64,000 bases of DNA from Gaiellaceae bacterium (lineage in GTDB: Bacteria; Actinomycetota; Thermoleophilia; Gaiellales; Gaiellaceae): the NCBI GenBank assembly GCA_035461525.1, contig DATHVD010000046.1, positions 14,636 to 78,635 of the forward strand. The letters run 5' to 3'. Shown in pieces: positions 26,916 through 37,082 of the stretch; positions within the stretch are counted from its first letter, which is position 1; the number at the start of each line of letters is the position of its first letter. Position numbers and translations under genes: made by a program. The notes beneath the pieces are model-generated. The model had not been told where the DNA came from. It searched no databases and saw only the letters and a program-made list of their open reading frames with translations.

Positions 26916-27229
26916 GAGCGCGGTCTCGAGCCGGTCCTCGTCCGTGACGGCGGTCTGGGCTCCGGCGCCGGGCGCGGCCGCGAGGGCAGCGACGACGAGC
27001 GACGCCGACGCGGCCGCTGCGAGCCTTCCCCTCGTGGACGCAGGATCTCCGCGATCGCAGTGTTCTGCGTCCCCCGTTCGAGGCTCCGCGCGGGCGCCGC
27101 GGCGGGCTCCGGAAACTCGGGCTGTTGCGGCTTCGCCACGGAGCCGATACGAACCCCATGACGCGCCCGGGTACTCCCGACCCGTTCGGTACCATAGGTC
27201 CGGCTGTCGACCGGAAAGGACGCTGAAGC

Positions 27230-29758
27230 TTGTTCGAGCGCTTCACCGAGAGAGCCCGGCAGGTCGTCGTTCTCGCCCAGGACGAGGCCCGCGCCCTCAA
27301 GCACAACTACATCGGCACCGAGCACATCCTGCTGGGACTCCTCCGCGAGGAGGAGGGCCTGGCCGCCCGCGTGCTCGACAGCCTCGACATCACGGTGGAG
27401 GAGGTTCGCGCCCAGGTGGCCCGCATCGTCGGACAGGGCGACGAGGTCACGACCGGCCAGATCCCGTTCACCCCGCGCGCGAAGAAGGTCCTCGAGTTGG
27501 CGCTGCGCGAGGCGCTCTCGCTCGGCCACAACTACATCGGCACCGAGCACATCCTCCTCGGCCTCGTGCGCGAGAACGAGGGCGTCGCCGCGCGCATCCT
27601 GCTCGACTTCGACGCCGACGCGGAGAAGATCCGCAACGAGATCATCCGCATGCTCTCCGGCCCGGGCCGCCGCCAGCAGGGCGGGGGCACCGCCGCGGGG
27701 GAGAAGTCGAAGAGCTCGAAGCTCCTCGACCAGTTCGGGCGCAACTTGACGAAGCTCGCGGCCGAGTCGAAGCTCGACCCGGTCGTCGGCCGCCAGACCG
27801 AGATCGAGCGCGTGATGCAGATCCTGTCGCGGCGCACGAAGAACAACCCCGTCCTGATCGGGGAGCCGGGCGTCGGGAAGACGGCCGTCGTCGAGGGGCT
27901 CGCCGCCCGCATCTCCGCTAACCAGGTGCCCGAGCTCCTCAAGAACAAGCAGATCTACACGCTCGACCTCGCCGCGCTCGTCGCGGGCTCGAAGTACCGG
28001 GGCGAGTTCGAGGAGCGGTTGAAGAAGGTGATGAAGGAGATCACCCAGCGGGGCGACATCATCCTGTTCATCGACGAGCTCCACAACCTCGTCGGCGCCG
28101 GCGCGGCCGAGGGCGCGATCGACGCGGCCTCGATCCTGAAGCCGGCCCTGGCCCGGGGCGAGCTGCAGACGATCGGCGCGACCACGCTCGACGAGTACCG
28201 CAAGTACCTCGAGCGCGACGCCGCCCTCGAGCGCCGCTTCCAGCAGATCCGCGTGGACGAGCCTTCCGTGGACGACACCGTGCAGATCCTGCGAGGGCTC
28301 CGCGACCGCTACGAGGCCCACCATCGCTGCACGATCACGGACGAGGCCCTCCGCGCCTCCGCCGTCCTCGCCGACCGTTACATCCAGGACCGCCACCTAC
28401 CGGACAAGGCCATCGACCTGATCGACGAGGCCGCCTCCCGCATGCGCATCAAGACGATGACCGCCCCGCCGCGCTACCGCGAGCTCGAGGAGGAGATCGA
28501 GAAGGTGCGCGAGGAGAAGGAGGCCTCGATCGAGGCGCAGGAGTTCGAGAAGGCCGCGAACCTCCGCGACAAGGAGCGCAAGCTCACGCAGAAGAAGCGC
28601 GAGCTGGAGGAGAAGTGGCGCAACTCCGAGCATGTCGAGCAGCCGGAGATCGGCGAGGAGGAGATCGCGGACATCGTCTCCATGTGGACGGGCATCCCGG
28701 TCTTCAAGCTCACCGAGGCCGAGTCGCAGAAGCTGATCCGCATGGAGGACGAGCTGCACAAGCATGTCATCGGCCAGCAGCAGGCGATCGTCGCCGTCTC
28801 GAAGGCGATCCGCCGCGCGCGCGCCGGCATCAAGGACCCGAAGCGCCCCACCGGCTCGTTCATCTTCCTCGGCCCCTCGGGCGTGGGCAAGACCGAGCTC
28901 GCGCGCACGCTCGCCGAGTTCCTCTTCGGCGACGAGGACGCCATGATCCAGGTGGACATGTCGGAGTACATGGAGAAGCACTCCGTGTCCCGGCTCGTCG
29001 GCTCCCCGCCCGGCTACATCGGCTACGACGAGGGCGGCCAGCTCACCGAGTCCGTGCGCCGGAAGCCGTACTCCGTCGTCCTCCTCGACGAGATCGAGAA
29101 GGCCCACCCGGACGTCTTCAACATCCTCCTCCAGATCCTCGAGGACGGGAAGCTGACGGACGCCCAGGGCCGTAAGGTCGACTTCCGCAACACGATCGTG
29201 ATCATGACGTCGAACATCGGCGCCGCCACGATCTCCAAGAACCAGTCCTTCGGCTTCTCGGTCGGCGACGACACCGGCCTCTCCTACGACGAGATGAAGG
29301 ACAGGATCATGGGAGAGCTGAAGAAGGTCTTCCGCCCCGAGCTCCTGAACCGGATCGACGAGGTCATCGTCTTCCACAAGCTGACGAAGGACGAGATCAA
29401 GACGATCGTCGACCTGATGATGAAGCGTCTGCGCGAGCAGATGGTCGAGCACGAGGCCGCCATCGAGCTCACGGAGGAGGCGAAGGAGCTCCTCGTCGAC
29501 AAGGGCTACGACCCGGCGATGGGCGCCCGGCCGCTCCGCCGCGCGATCCAGCGCTTCATCGAGGATCCCCTCGCCGACTTCGTCCTGGGCCGCTCGATCA
29601 AGCCCGGCTCGACGATCGTCGTCGACCGCAAGGACGAGGAGGAGGTCGACATCAAGGTCGTCGAGGGCGAGCCTCCGGAGCGCGAGAAGGTGACCGTCCC
29701 CGCCGACCAGCCCAAGGGCGAGTCGGAGGGCGACGCCGAGCCGCACGACGACGAGTAG
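27230..29758 (+). CDS. clpC: ATP-dependent Clp protease ATP-binding subunit ClpC
   Basis: 842 aa with a TTG start. [13 protein letters not shown]...[12 protein letters not shown] occurs twice (Clp_N). Has two AAA+ modules ([16 protein letters not shown]) and a UVR-like linker ([11 protein letters not shown]). Confidence 0.95.
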   Translation: MFERFTERARQVVVLAQDEARALKHNYIGTEHILLGLLREEEGLAARVLDSLDITVEEVRAQVARIVGQGDEVTTGQIPFTPRAKKVLELALREALSLGHNYIGTEHILLGLVRENEGVAARILLDFDADAEKIRNEIIRMLSGPGRRQQGGGTAAGEKSKSSKLLDQFGRNLTKLAAESKLDPVVGRQTEIERVMQILSRRTKNNPVLIGEPGVGKTAVVEGLAARISANQVPELLKNKQIYTLDLAALVAGSKYRGEFEERLKKVMKEITQRGDIILFIDELHNLVGAGAAEGAIDAASILKPALARGELQTIGATTLDEYRKYLERDAALERRFQQIRVDEPSVDDTVQILRGLRDRYEAHHRCTITDEALRASAVLADRYIQDRHLPDKAIDLIDEAASRMRIKTMTAPPRYRELEEEIEKVREEKEASIEAQEFEKAANLRDKERKLTQKKRELEEKWRNSEHVEQPEIGEEEIADIVSMWTGIPVFKLTEAESQKLIRMEDELHKHVIGQQQAIVAVSKAIRRARAGIKDPKRPTGSFIFLGPSGVGKTELARTLAEFLFGDEDAMIQVDMSEYMEKHSVSRLVGSPPGYIGYDEGGQLTESVRRKPYSVVLLDEIEKAHPDVFNILLQILEDGKLTDAQGRKVDFRNTIVIMTSNIGAATISKNQSFGFSVGDDTGLSYDEMKDRIMGELKKVFRPELLNRIDEVIVFHKLTKDEIKTIVDLMMKRLREQMVEHEAAIELTEEAKELLVDKGYDPAMGARPLRRAIQRFIEDPLADFVLGRSIKPGSTIVVDRKDEEEVDIKVVEGEPPEREKVTVPADQPKGESEGDAEPHDDE

Positions 29759-29765
29759 CGCGGGC

Positions 29766-30152
29766 GTGATCGAGTACGAGGACGCGTCCCCCGAGGTACG
29801 CGCCGTCTACGACGACATCATGGCCACCCGGAAGACCGACCGGGTGAACAACTTCTGGAAGGTCGTCGCCGCCGACCCGGCGACGCTGCGGCGGACGTGG
29901 GAGTCCGTGAAAGAGGTCATGGCACCCGGCGGCGCGCTCGACCCGCTCACGAAGGAGCTCCTCTACGTCGCCGTCTCGGTGACGAACGGCTGCGAGTACT
30001 GCATCGCCTCCCACACGGCCGCGGCCCGCGCGAAGGGAGCGACGGAGGAGCAGCTCGCCGAGCTGCGCGCCGTGGTCGGCATGGCGAGCGAGACGAACGC
30101 GCTCGCCACCGCCTACGGCGTCCCGGTGGACGAGGCCTTCCGCCGCTCGTAG
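29766..30152 (+). CDS. carboxymuconolactone decarboxylase (AhpD-like) family protein
   Basis: 128 aa. The CxxC-type motif NGCEYCIASH lies within the helical CMD fold. Confidence 0.7.
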   Translation: MIEYEDASPEVRAVYDDIMATRKTDRVNNFWKVVAADPATLRRTWESVKEVMAPGGALDPLTKELLYVAVSVTNGCEYCIASHTAAARAKGATEEQLAELRAVVGMASETNALATAYGVPVDEAFRRS

Positions 30153-30161
30153 CCGCTTCCG

Positions 30162-30803
30162 CTACGGCGCTCGCTCGTCCGCGGCCGGTGGGCTCTCCGG
30201 CGGCTCGGCGGGCTCCGCGGGTGCGGTGGGTTCCGTGGGCGGTCGTTCGGCCGCGGCCGCGGGCTCTGCGGGCGCAGCCGGCTTCGCGGTAGGCGACGGG
30301 TCGGCGGGCGGCGGCGCGGCGGACGAGGTGGGCGCCGGCGGGGGCGACGTCGGAGTCGACGCCCCGGCATCCCCTCTCATGCCGGAGGCCTCGGTGCGGA
30401 GCGTGTCCACGCCGCCGGCGTCCTGCACCATGAGCCAGCCGCCCACGGCGACGATCGCGGCCAGCACGAGGCCGATCCAGGCCCAGACGGCCGTGAAGTC
30501 GTCCGGGAGCACCTTGAGGAGGGCGAAGACGAAAATGAGCAGGCCGAGCGCGGCCGCGATCATCGTGTCGGAGACGGGGAGGTCGATCTCGACGCCCATG
30601 AGCCGCGTGACGAGCCAGGCGACGAGGGCGATCGTCAGGAGGCCCAGCACGACGCCCCAGAACCCGTTCCAGGCGTTCGCGGTGGCGACGGCGAGGTCGA
30701 GCACCTCCACCCGCTGCCACGGGAAGAAGGTGACGACGAGAAGCAGCGCCCCCGCCGCGAGCATGATCTGGCCTCCGCGGGGCAGCGCTCTGAATCTGTC
30801 CAT
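30162..30803 (-). CDS. integral membrane protein with a Pro/Ala-rich C-terminal tail
   Basis: 213 aa counted from ATG 30803. Four or five hydrophobic helices are followed by low-complexity PPAPTSSAAPPPADPSPTAKPAAPAEP. Confidence 0.5.
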   Translation of the reverse strand: MDRFRALPRGGQIMLAAGALLLVVTFFPWQRVEVLDLAVATANAWNGFWGVVLGLLTIALVAWLVTRLMGVEIDLPVSDTMIAAALGLLIFVFALLKVLPDDFTAVWAWIGLVLAAIVAVGGWLMVQDAGGVDTLRTEASGMRGDAGASTPTSPPPAPTSSAAPPPADPSPTAKPAAPAEPAAAAERPPTEPTAPAEPAEPPESPPAADERAP

Positions 30804-30987
30804 CGAACACGTCCTTTCTGATCGCGGGACGCACTCCGGCGGCCGCTTCTGCGCCGCGCGCGAAGGGCAAACGCAGCGCAAGCCTTGCAATCAGGCCGGA
30901 CGGAGGGACGATCGGTGCGGAGGCGCAGAAGTCCTGACGCTTCCGGCACGCTTCGGCGTCGGACCTCCGGCCTAGACTGGGACGCCG

Positions 30988-32349
30988 ATGGCGAAGGCGG
31001 CGATCCAGCACGCGTGCTCCGAGTGCGGGTACACGACCGGCAAGTGGCTCGGCCGCTGCCCGGCGTGCGAGGCGTGGGGAACCCTCGTCGAGGAGCGCCC
31101 GCTCGCGCCGGCACCCGGGGTGCGCGGGGCGGCGGCGCGCGGGAAGTCGCTCCTGCGCCTGGTCGAGGTCGAGGCCTCGGACGCCGAGCGCCTCCCCACC
31201 GGTGTTCCCGAGCTCGACCGCGTTCTCGGCGGCGGCCTCGTCCCCGCCTCGCTCGTGCTCGTCTCGGGCGACCCGGGCATCGGCAAGTCCACGCTCCTCC
31301 TCATGGCGCTCCGGGCGATGAGCGAGGAGCGAAAGGTCGTGCTCGTCACGGGGGAGGAGTCAGCGGCCCAGGTGAAGCTGCGCGCCGACAGGCTCGGCGG
31401 CGCCGGCGCGGTGCACATCCTCGCGGAGACCGATCTCGACGAGGTGTGCGCCACGCTCGAGCGGGAGCGCCCCGGGGTCTGCGTCATCGACTCCGTGCAG
31501 ACGCTCTACGCCCCCGACCTCGGCTCGGCGCCCGGGTCGGTGGCGCAGGTGCGGGAGGCCGCCGGGCGGCTCCTCCGGGTCGCCAAGGAGCAGGAGGTCG
31601 CCACTTTTCTCGTCGGGCACGTGACCAAGGAGGGCTCGGTCGCCGGCCCGCGCGTGCTCGAGCACCTCGTTGACTGCGTCCTCCACTTCGAGGGCGACCG
31701 CTACCGCTCCCACCGCGTGCTGCGCGCCGTCAAGAACCGCTTCGGCTCGACGAACGAGATCGGCGTCTTCGAGATGACCTCTGCCGGCCTCGTCGCCGTC
31801 GAAGATCCCTCCGAGCTCTTCGGCCGGCCCGACGACGAGCAGCCCGGCTCGGCCGTCGCTTGTACGATCGAAGGGACGCGGCCGCTCCTGCTCGAGGTGC
31901 AGGCGCTCGTCTCGCCGACCGACCTGGCGATGCCACGCCGCGTCGGGACCGGCGTCGACCCGAAGCGCCTCTCCATGATCGTCGCCGTCCTCGGACGCCA
32001 CGCCGGAGTCGCGCTCGGCCAGGCCGACGTCTTCGTGAACGTCGCCGGAGGCGTCCGGGTCGACGAGCCCGGGGCCGACCTCGGCGTCGCCCTCGCCATC
32101 GCCTCGGCGGCGCGCGGCGTGCCCGTCCGCTCCGGCCTCGCCTGCTTCGGGGAGGTGGGGCTCACGGGCCGGATCCGGCCCGTCAGCCAGGCCGAGCGGC
32201 GGCTCGCCGAGTGCGCGAAGCTCGGCTTCTCCAAGGCCCTCGTGCCGGACGGCACCGAGTCCCGTGCAAGAATGCGCCTCGAGGCAGCGGCCACGCTGCG
32301 AACGGCGATCACGGCGGGGCTCGATGCGAGAAGACCCTCGGAAGGATAA
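30988..32349 (+). CDS. radA: DNA repair protein RadA/Sms
   Basis: 453 aa. Has an N-terminal zinc ribbon (CSECGY...GRCPAC), Walker A GDPGIGKST, the KNRFG motif and a Lon-like C-domain. Confidence 0.95.
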   Translation: MAKAAIQHACSECGYTTGKWLGRCPACEAWGTLVEERPLAPAPGVRGAAARGKSLLRLVEVEASDAERLPTGVPELDRVLGGGLVPASLVLVSGDPGIGKSTLLLMALRAMSEERKVVLVTGEESAAQVKLRADRLGGAGAVHILAETDLDEVCATLERERPGVCVIDSVQTLYAPDLGSAPGSVAQVREAAGRLLRVAKEQEVATFLVGHVTKEGSVAGPRVLEHLVDCVLHFEGDRYRSHRVLRAVKNRFGSTNEIGVFEMTSAGLVAVEDPSELFGRPDDEQPGSAVACTIEGTRPLLLEVQALVSPTDLAMPRRVGTGVDPKRLSMIVAVLGRHAGVALGQADVFVNVAGGVRVDEPGADLGVALAIASAARGVPVRSGLACFGEVGLTGRIRPVSQAERRLAECAKLGFSKALVPDGTESRARMRLEAAATLRTAITAGLDARRPSEG

Positions 32350-33409
32350 GACCCTCCTCTCGGCGCTCAAGCAGGTTGCGCCGGGAACGCCGCTGCGGTC
32401 GGGCATCGACGACATCATCCGCGCCGAGCTCGGCGCCCTCATCGTCATCGGCGACCCGAGCACCCTCGCCTTCCTCCTCTCCGGCGGCATGCGCCTAGAC
32501 CTGCCTTTCTCGTCCCAGCTCCTCTACGAGCTGGCGAAGATGGACGGGGCCATCCTCATGAGCCGGGACATGCAGAAGCTCGTCTACGCGAACGTCCAGC
32601 TCATGCCGGACGCGGCCATCCCCTCGAGCGAGACCGGTACCCGCCACCGCACCGCCGAGCGCGTCGCCAGGCAGACCGACGCCCTCGTCATCTCGATCTC
32701 GCAGCAACGGGAAACCGTCACCGTCTTCGTCGGCGACCTGCGCTACCAGCTGGGGGAGATCTCGGACACGCTGGCCCGCACGAACCAGGCGCTCGGCACG
32801 CTCGAGACATACCGCACGCGCCTCGACCAGGGCCTCACCCGGCTGACCGCGCTCGAGTTCCAGAGCGCCGTCGTCCTCGACGACGTCCTCGTCGTCCTCC
32901 AGCGGGCGGAGATGACGACGCGGATGGCGGAGGAGATCGAGCGCAACTGCGTCGAGCTCGGCGAGGAGGGCCGGCTCATCCGCATGCAGCTCGACGAGCT
33001 GATGGAGGACGTCGTGCGCGAGAAGTCCTCCGTCGTCTACGACTATGAGCGGAGCGGCGACCTGGCGACCGCGACGGGCGCGATCGAGCAGCTCTCCGGC
33101 CTGGACTACCCTCGGCTGCTCGAGGTCGAGGAGCTGGCGGCCCTGCTCGGCTACCCGCGGGAGGCGAACCCCCTCGACGTGACCGTGCAGCCGCGCGGCT
33201 ACCGCGTGCTCTCGCGCATCCCACGCCTCCCCGACTCCGCCATCCGCCACGTCGTCCGTAGCTTCGAGAGCCTCGACGCGGTCGTGCGCGCGAGCCACCG
33301 CGACCTCGAGGCGGTCGAGACGGTGGGAGCGGTGCGCGCCCGCGAGATCCGCGAGGGCCTGCGCCGCCTCCAGGAGCACAACCTGGTCGACCGCTACCTA
33401 CAGCTCTGA
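32324..33409 (+). CDS. disA: DNA integrity scanning protein DisA (diadenylate cyclase)
   Basis: Starts at ATG 32324, overlapping the radA 3' end. The DAC domain shows GALIVIGD, DGAI and TGTRHRTAER motifs. A C-terminal HhH is present (VGAVRAREIREGL). Confidence 0.9.
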   Translation: MREDPRKDKTLLSALKQVAPGTPLRSGIDDIIRAELGALIVIGDPSTLAFLLSGGMRLDLPFSSQLLYELAKMDGAILMSRDMQKLVYANVQLMPDAAIPSSETGTRHRTAERVARQTDALVISISQQRETVTVFVGDLRYQLGEISDTLARTNQALGTLETYRTRLDQGLTRLTALEFQSAVVLDDVLVVLQRAEMTTRMAEEIERNCVELGEEGRLIRMQLDELMEDVVREKSSVVYDYERSGDLATATGAIEQLSGLDYPRLLEVEELAALLGYPREANPLDVTVQPRGYRVLSRIPRLPDSAIRHVVRSFESLDAVVRASHRDLEAVETVGAVRAREIREGLRRLQEHNLVDRYLQL

Positions 33410-33474
33410 GCCGCCGCAGGAGCCGTTTCGCGCGCCCTGGGGGCCAGAAAATGGCTTTTCAAGCGGGTTTTCGG

Positions 33475-33523
33475 TAGAATGGCACGGTTCCGCAGGCGTC
33501 CCGGGCGTCTTTTTTGACGCCCG
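33475..33523 (+). promoter_or_regulatory. carD upstream region: TAGAAT -10 element followed by a leader hairpin
   Basis: TAGAAT is at 33475-33480. An 8-bp perfect stem, CGGGCGTC-TTTTTT-GACGCCCG, is at 33502-33523, directly 5' of the RBS AAGGAGGAGAGG. Confidence 0.35.
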
Positions 33524-33541
33524 CGTTCAAGGAGGAGAGGG

Positions 33542-34045
33542 TTGTACGAACTCGGCGACAAGGTCGTGTACCCCCACCACGGCGCGGGGACCGTCGTGAA
33601 GAAGGAGACGAGGACGGTTCTGGGTCAGGAGCGCGAGTACCTGACGATCAAGATCCTGCACAACGACATGACCGTGAACGTCCCGACCGAGAACGCCGAC
33701 CGCGTCGGCCTTCGCAAGGTCATCGACGAGAAGATGGTGGAACAGGTCGTCACCGTGCTCCACGGCAACGGCACGAAGATGCCGAAGAACTGGAACCGCC
33801 GCTTCAAGTACAACCGCGACAAGATGAAGACAGGGGACATCTTCGAGCTCGCCGAGGTCGTGCGGAACCTCTCCCTGCGCGACCAGGAGAAGGGCCTCTC
33901 CACGGGTGAGAAGCAGATGTTCGTCAAGGCCAAGAAGATCCTCGCCTCCGAGCTCATGTACGCGAAGCTGATGGACGAGGACGAGGCCGCCGCCTGGCTC
34001 GACGAGGTGCTCGACTCCGTCGGCGCCTCGAAGGTCGCAGGCTAG
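33542..34045 (+). CDS. carD: CarD family RNA-polymerase-binding transcriptional regulator
   Basis: 167 aa with a TTG start. GDKVVYPHHGAG.V........G..REYL...........VP is the Tudor-like RID. Position upstream of ispD matches other actinobacteria. Confidence 0.9.
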   Translation: MYELGDKVVYPHHGAGTVVKKETRTVLGQEREYLTIKILHNDMTVNVPTENADRVGLRKVIDEKMVEQVVTVLHGNGTKMPKNWNRRFKYNRDKMKTGDIFELAEVVRNLSLRDQEKGLSTGEKQMFVKAKKILASELMYAKLMDEDEAAAWLDEVLDSVGASKVAG

Positions 34046-34061
34046 GCCCCCGCGCCTCCGA

Positions 34062-34964
34062 GTGCGACCGCTCGGCCGGGGCCGCAGGCATCCTTGCCGT
34101 GTGCTCTCGCGTGTCGCTCTCGCCGTCGTTCCGGCGGCTCTGGCCGTCGCGGCCGGCTGTGCCGGCGACGGCGCCGCCGAGGCCGAGCCTCGTCCGCAGT
34201 TCGAGGACGCCGTCGTCGGCGCGCTTGCGGCTCAGGGGCTCGAGCCCGAGGCAACGGCGGGCTCCGGTGTGCGCGTCCACGAGGGGCCGAACTCGGCCGT
34301 GCTCGACCTCGAGCCGGCCTACGCGCGCTACGAGGAGCGCCCCGGCGACCGCGACGAGATCGTCGCCGGGCTCGTCTCCGAGGCCGAGGACCGCCTCGAG
34401 GAGGGCCTCTCCCAGCTCCTCCTGGAAGAGGTCCGCGATGACCTGATGCCGCTCCTGAAGGCGCCCTTCGAGCTTCGCACGTACGGCTTCGAGACGGCGA
34501 GGACGCCGTTCCCCGGCCGCCTCGCGGTCGTCTACGCCGTCGATCGCGAGGACTCGTTCACACTCGTCACGCCGACCGACGTCAGCCGCTGGGGAACCAC
34601 CCTCGAGGAGGTGCACGAGCTCGCCCTCGCCAACCTGCTCCTGCAGACGAACGAGGAGGAGGCCCTCCTCTGCGAGCCGTCGGGCGACGCCGAGCTCTGC
34701 GGCTGGGCTTCCGGCGACGGGTACGACGCGACCCGGATGATCGTCCCCGAGCTGCGTCGCCAGATCGTGCGATCCTACGGAGGCCCGGCCGTCTACGCCG
34801 TCCCCATGGAGCACGTCTTCGTCGCCCTTCCCCGCGAGCTTCTCCGCGGCCGCACCGAGGAGTTCTTCCGCCTGAAGGTGCAGCAAGACTTCCAGACCGG
34901 CGACGATCCGCTCAGCGACGACATCTTCGTCGAGCGGCGCGGAGAGCTCGAGGTTCTCCCGTGA
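34062..34964 (+). CDS. lipoprotein of unknown function (possibly DUF1444-like)
   Basis: 300 aa. A lipobox (LAVAAGC) follows a positively charged N-terminus. The family guess is from memory only. Confidence 0.45.
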   Translation: MRPLGRGRRHPCRVLSRVALAVVPAALAVAAGCAGDGAAEAEPRPQFEDAVVGALAAQGLEPEATAGSGVRVHEGPNSAVLDLEPAYARYEERPGDRDEIVAGLVSEAEDRLEEGLSQLLLEEVRDDLMPLLKAPFELRTYGFETARTPFPGRLAVVYAVDREDSFTLVTPTDVSRWGTTLEEVHELALANLLLQTNEEEALLCEPSGDAELCGWASGDGYDATRMIVPELRRQIVRSYGGPAVYAVPMEHVFVALPRELLRGRTEEFFRLKVQQDFQTGDDPLSDDIFVERRGELEVLP

Positions 34965-35650
34965 GCGACGCCGCGACCGGCGTCTGGGCCGTGCTCGTCG
35001 CGGCCGGTCGCGGGGAGCGGCTGGCGGGCGACCGGCCGAAGGCGTTCGCCAACCTCGCCGGGCGCCCGCTCCTGGCGGAGAGCCTCGAGCGGCTCGAGTC
35101 CTCCGACTGGGTCGAGGCGATCGTCGTCGTCGCGCCCGAGGGATGGGAGGAGCCGGCGATCCTCCTGGCCGAAGAGATCGGCGCCGGCAAGGTGCGCGCG
35201 GCCGTGACGGGCGGCGCCACCCGGTCGGACTCGGTGCGTGCCGGGGTCGCGGATGTGCCGCCCGACGCAGTCGTCGTCCTCGTCCACGACGCCGCCCGGC
35301 CGCTCCTTCCCGACAACGTGGTCGAACGGGTCGTGACCGGCCTCGAGCCGGGCTGGGACGGCGTCGTGCCGGCGCTCCCGCTCGCGGACACGGTCAAGCG
35401 CGCCGAGGGCGAGGCGGTTGGCGCAACGGTCGATCGAACGGGGCTCAGCGCCGTGCAGACGCCGCAAGCCTTCGTCGCGGAGTCATTCCGGAGGGCTCTT
35501 GGCGCCGGCCGCGACGCAACCGACTGCGCCGGGCTCGTCGAGGGAGCAGGCGGCCGGGTGCGCCTTGTGCCAGGCGACCGCAGGCTGGTGAAGGTCACGT
35601 CGCCCGAAGACCTCGCCTTCGTCGAGCTGCTCCTCCGGGCCGAGCGTTGA
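34961..35650 (+). CDS. ispD: 2-C-methyl-D-erythritol 4-phosphate cytidylyltransferase
   Basis: 229 aa. Contains VLVAAGRGERL....PKAF, VHDAARP and VQTPQAF motifs. Confidence 0.9.
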   Translation: MSDAATGVWAVLVAAGRGERLAGDRPKAFANLAGRPLLAESLERLESSDWVEAIVVVAPEGWEEPAILLAEEIGAGKVRAAVTGGATRSDSVRAGVADVPPDAVVVLVHDAARPLLPDNVVERVVTGLEPGWDGVVPALPLADTVKRAEGEAVGATVDRTGLSAVQTPQAFVAESFRRALGAGRDATDCAGLVEGAGGRVRLVPGDRRLVKVTSPEDLAFVELLLRAER

Positions 35651-36474
35651 TCGTCGACTACCACATGCACCTGCGCGGGCCTGCGGACGGCCGGGAGGGC
35701 CCGATCGAGCACACGGTCGAGGCCGTCGAGCGCTTCGCCGAGCAGGCCGAGGCGTGCGGCGTGGACGAGATCGGCTTCACGGAGCACATGTACTACTTCC
35801 GCCAGCTCGGGCCGCTGCTCGAGCATCCTTACCAGCGCGCGAAGAACGGCCACGACCTCGACGCCTACTGCGCCGCCGTGATCGAGGCGAAGCGGCGCGG
35901 CCTCCCCGTCAAGCTGGGGCTCGAGATCGACTGGCTCCCGGGCCGTGAGGCGGAGCTCGCAGAAGCCCTGGGCCCGTACCCGTGGGACTACCTGCTCGGC
36001 TCCGTGCACCTCGTCGACGGCGAGGCCGTCGACCTCGAGCCGGGCGTCTGGGGGCGGCTCGCCGTCGAGGAGGTCTGGAGCCGCTACTTCGCCGCCCTGC
36101 GCGACCTCGCGGCGAGCGGCCTCGCCGACGTCCTCGCGCACCCCGACCTCGTCAAGATCTTCGGCCGCCGCCCGGACCCGGCGGCGGTCGGGCGCCACCA
36201 CACGGAGGCTGCGGATGCAGTCGCGGCGGCCGGCGTGGCCGTCGAGGTCTCGACGGCTGGGCTGCGGAAGCCCGTCGGGGAGCTCTATCCCGACGCCGCC
36301 TTCCTCGCGCGCTGCCACGAGCGCGGCGTCGGGGCGACGCTCGCCTCCGACGCGCACGTGGCGGGAGACGTCGGGCGCGACTTCGGCGCCGCCCTCGACC
36401 ACGTGCGCGCCGCCGGGTACGCGACCGTGACCGTCTTCGACGGCCGCATGGCGCGCCAGGAGCCGCTCGGATGA
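35647..36474 (+). CDS. PHP-domain phosphoesterase (histidinol-phosphatase HisJ/HisK-like family)
   Basis: The TTG start overlaps the ispD stop. PHP metal ligands are present: DYHMH, TEH, GSVH, AHPD and SDAH. Confidence 0.7.
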   Translation: MIVDYHMHLRGPADGREGPIEHTVEAVERFAEQAEACGVDEIGFTEHMYYFRQLGPLLEHPYQRAKNGHDLDAYCAAVIEAKRRGLPVKLGLEIDWLPGREAELAEALGPYPWDYLLGSVHLVDGEAVDLEPGVWGRLAVEEVWSRYFAALRDLAASGLADVLAHPDLVKIFGRRPDPAAVGRHHTEAADAVAAAGVAVEVSTAGLRKPVGELYPDAAFLARCHERGVGATLASDAHVAGDVGRDFGAALDHVRAAGYATVTVFDGRMARQEPLG

Positions 36475-36588
36475 CGGGAGCTCTTCGAGCCGCCTGTCCT
36501 TCGGGGCACCCCAGCCCACCACCCGCTTTCGAGCGTACAGCGGAAATCCGCGCGCGTGGCGCGCAGAATGTGCCGGAAGTGTGACGGA

Positions 36589-37074
36589 ATGAGCGATCTT
36601 CGTGTCGGCACCGGGGTGGACGCACACGCCTTCTCGGAGGAGGCGCCGCTCGTGCTCGGCGGCGTCGAGCTGCCCGGGGAGCCTGGCCTCGCCGGCCACT
36701 CCGACGGCGACGTCATCGCCCACGCGATCGTGGACGCGATCCTCGGCGCCGCTGGCCTCGGGGACATCGGCACGCTCTTCCCGTCCAGCAATCCGCAGTG
36801 GAAAGGCGCCTCCTCGCTCCTCTTCCTCGAGCGCACGGGCGAGGCGATCCGGCTCGTCGGCCTCGAACTCGTGAACGCGGACTGCGTCCTCGTCGGCGAG
36901 CGGCCGCGCATCGCCGAGCACAGGCAGGAGATGGAGCGGCGGCTGGCCGGCGCGCTCCGCGTCAAGGCGGAGAGGATCTCCGTTCGGGCGACCACCACCG
37001 ACGGGCTCGGCTTCACCGGCCGGGGCGAGGGGCTCGCCGCCCACGCCGTCGCGCTCATCCGCCCGACTGGTTGA
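36589..37074 (+). CDS. ispF: 2-C-methyl-D-erythritol 2,4-cyclodiphosphate synthase
   Basis: 161 aa counted from ATG 36589. Contains RVGTGVDAHAF, GHSDGDV..HA..DA.LGA...GDIG..FP and TTT..LGF.GR.EG motifs. Confidence 0.9.
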   Translation: MSDLRVGTGVDAHAFSEEAPLVLGGVELPGEPGLAGHSDGDVIAHAIVDAILGAAGLGDIGTLFPSSNPQWKGASSLLFLERTGEAIRLVGLELVNADCVLVGERPRIAEHRQEMERRLAGALRVKAERISVRATTTDGLGFTGRGEGLAAHAVALIRPTG

Positions 37075-37082
37075 ATAGAGGC

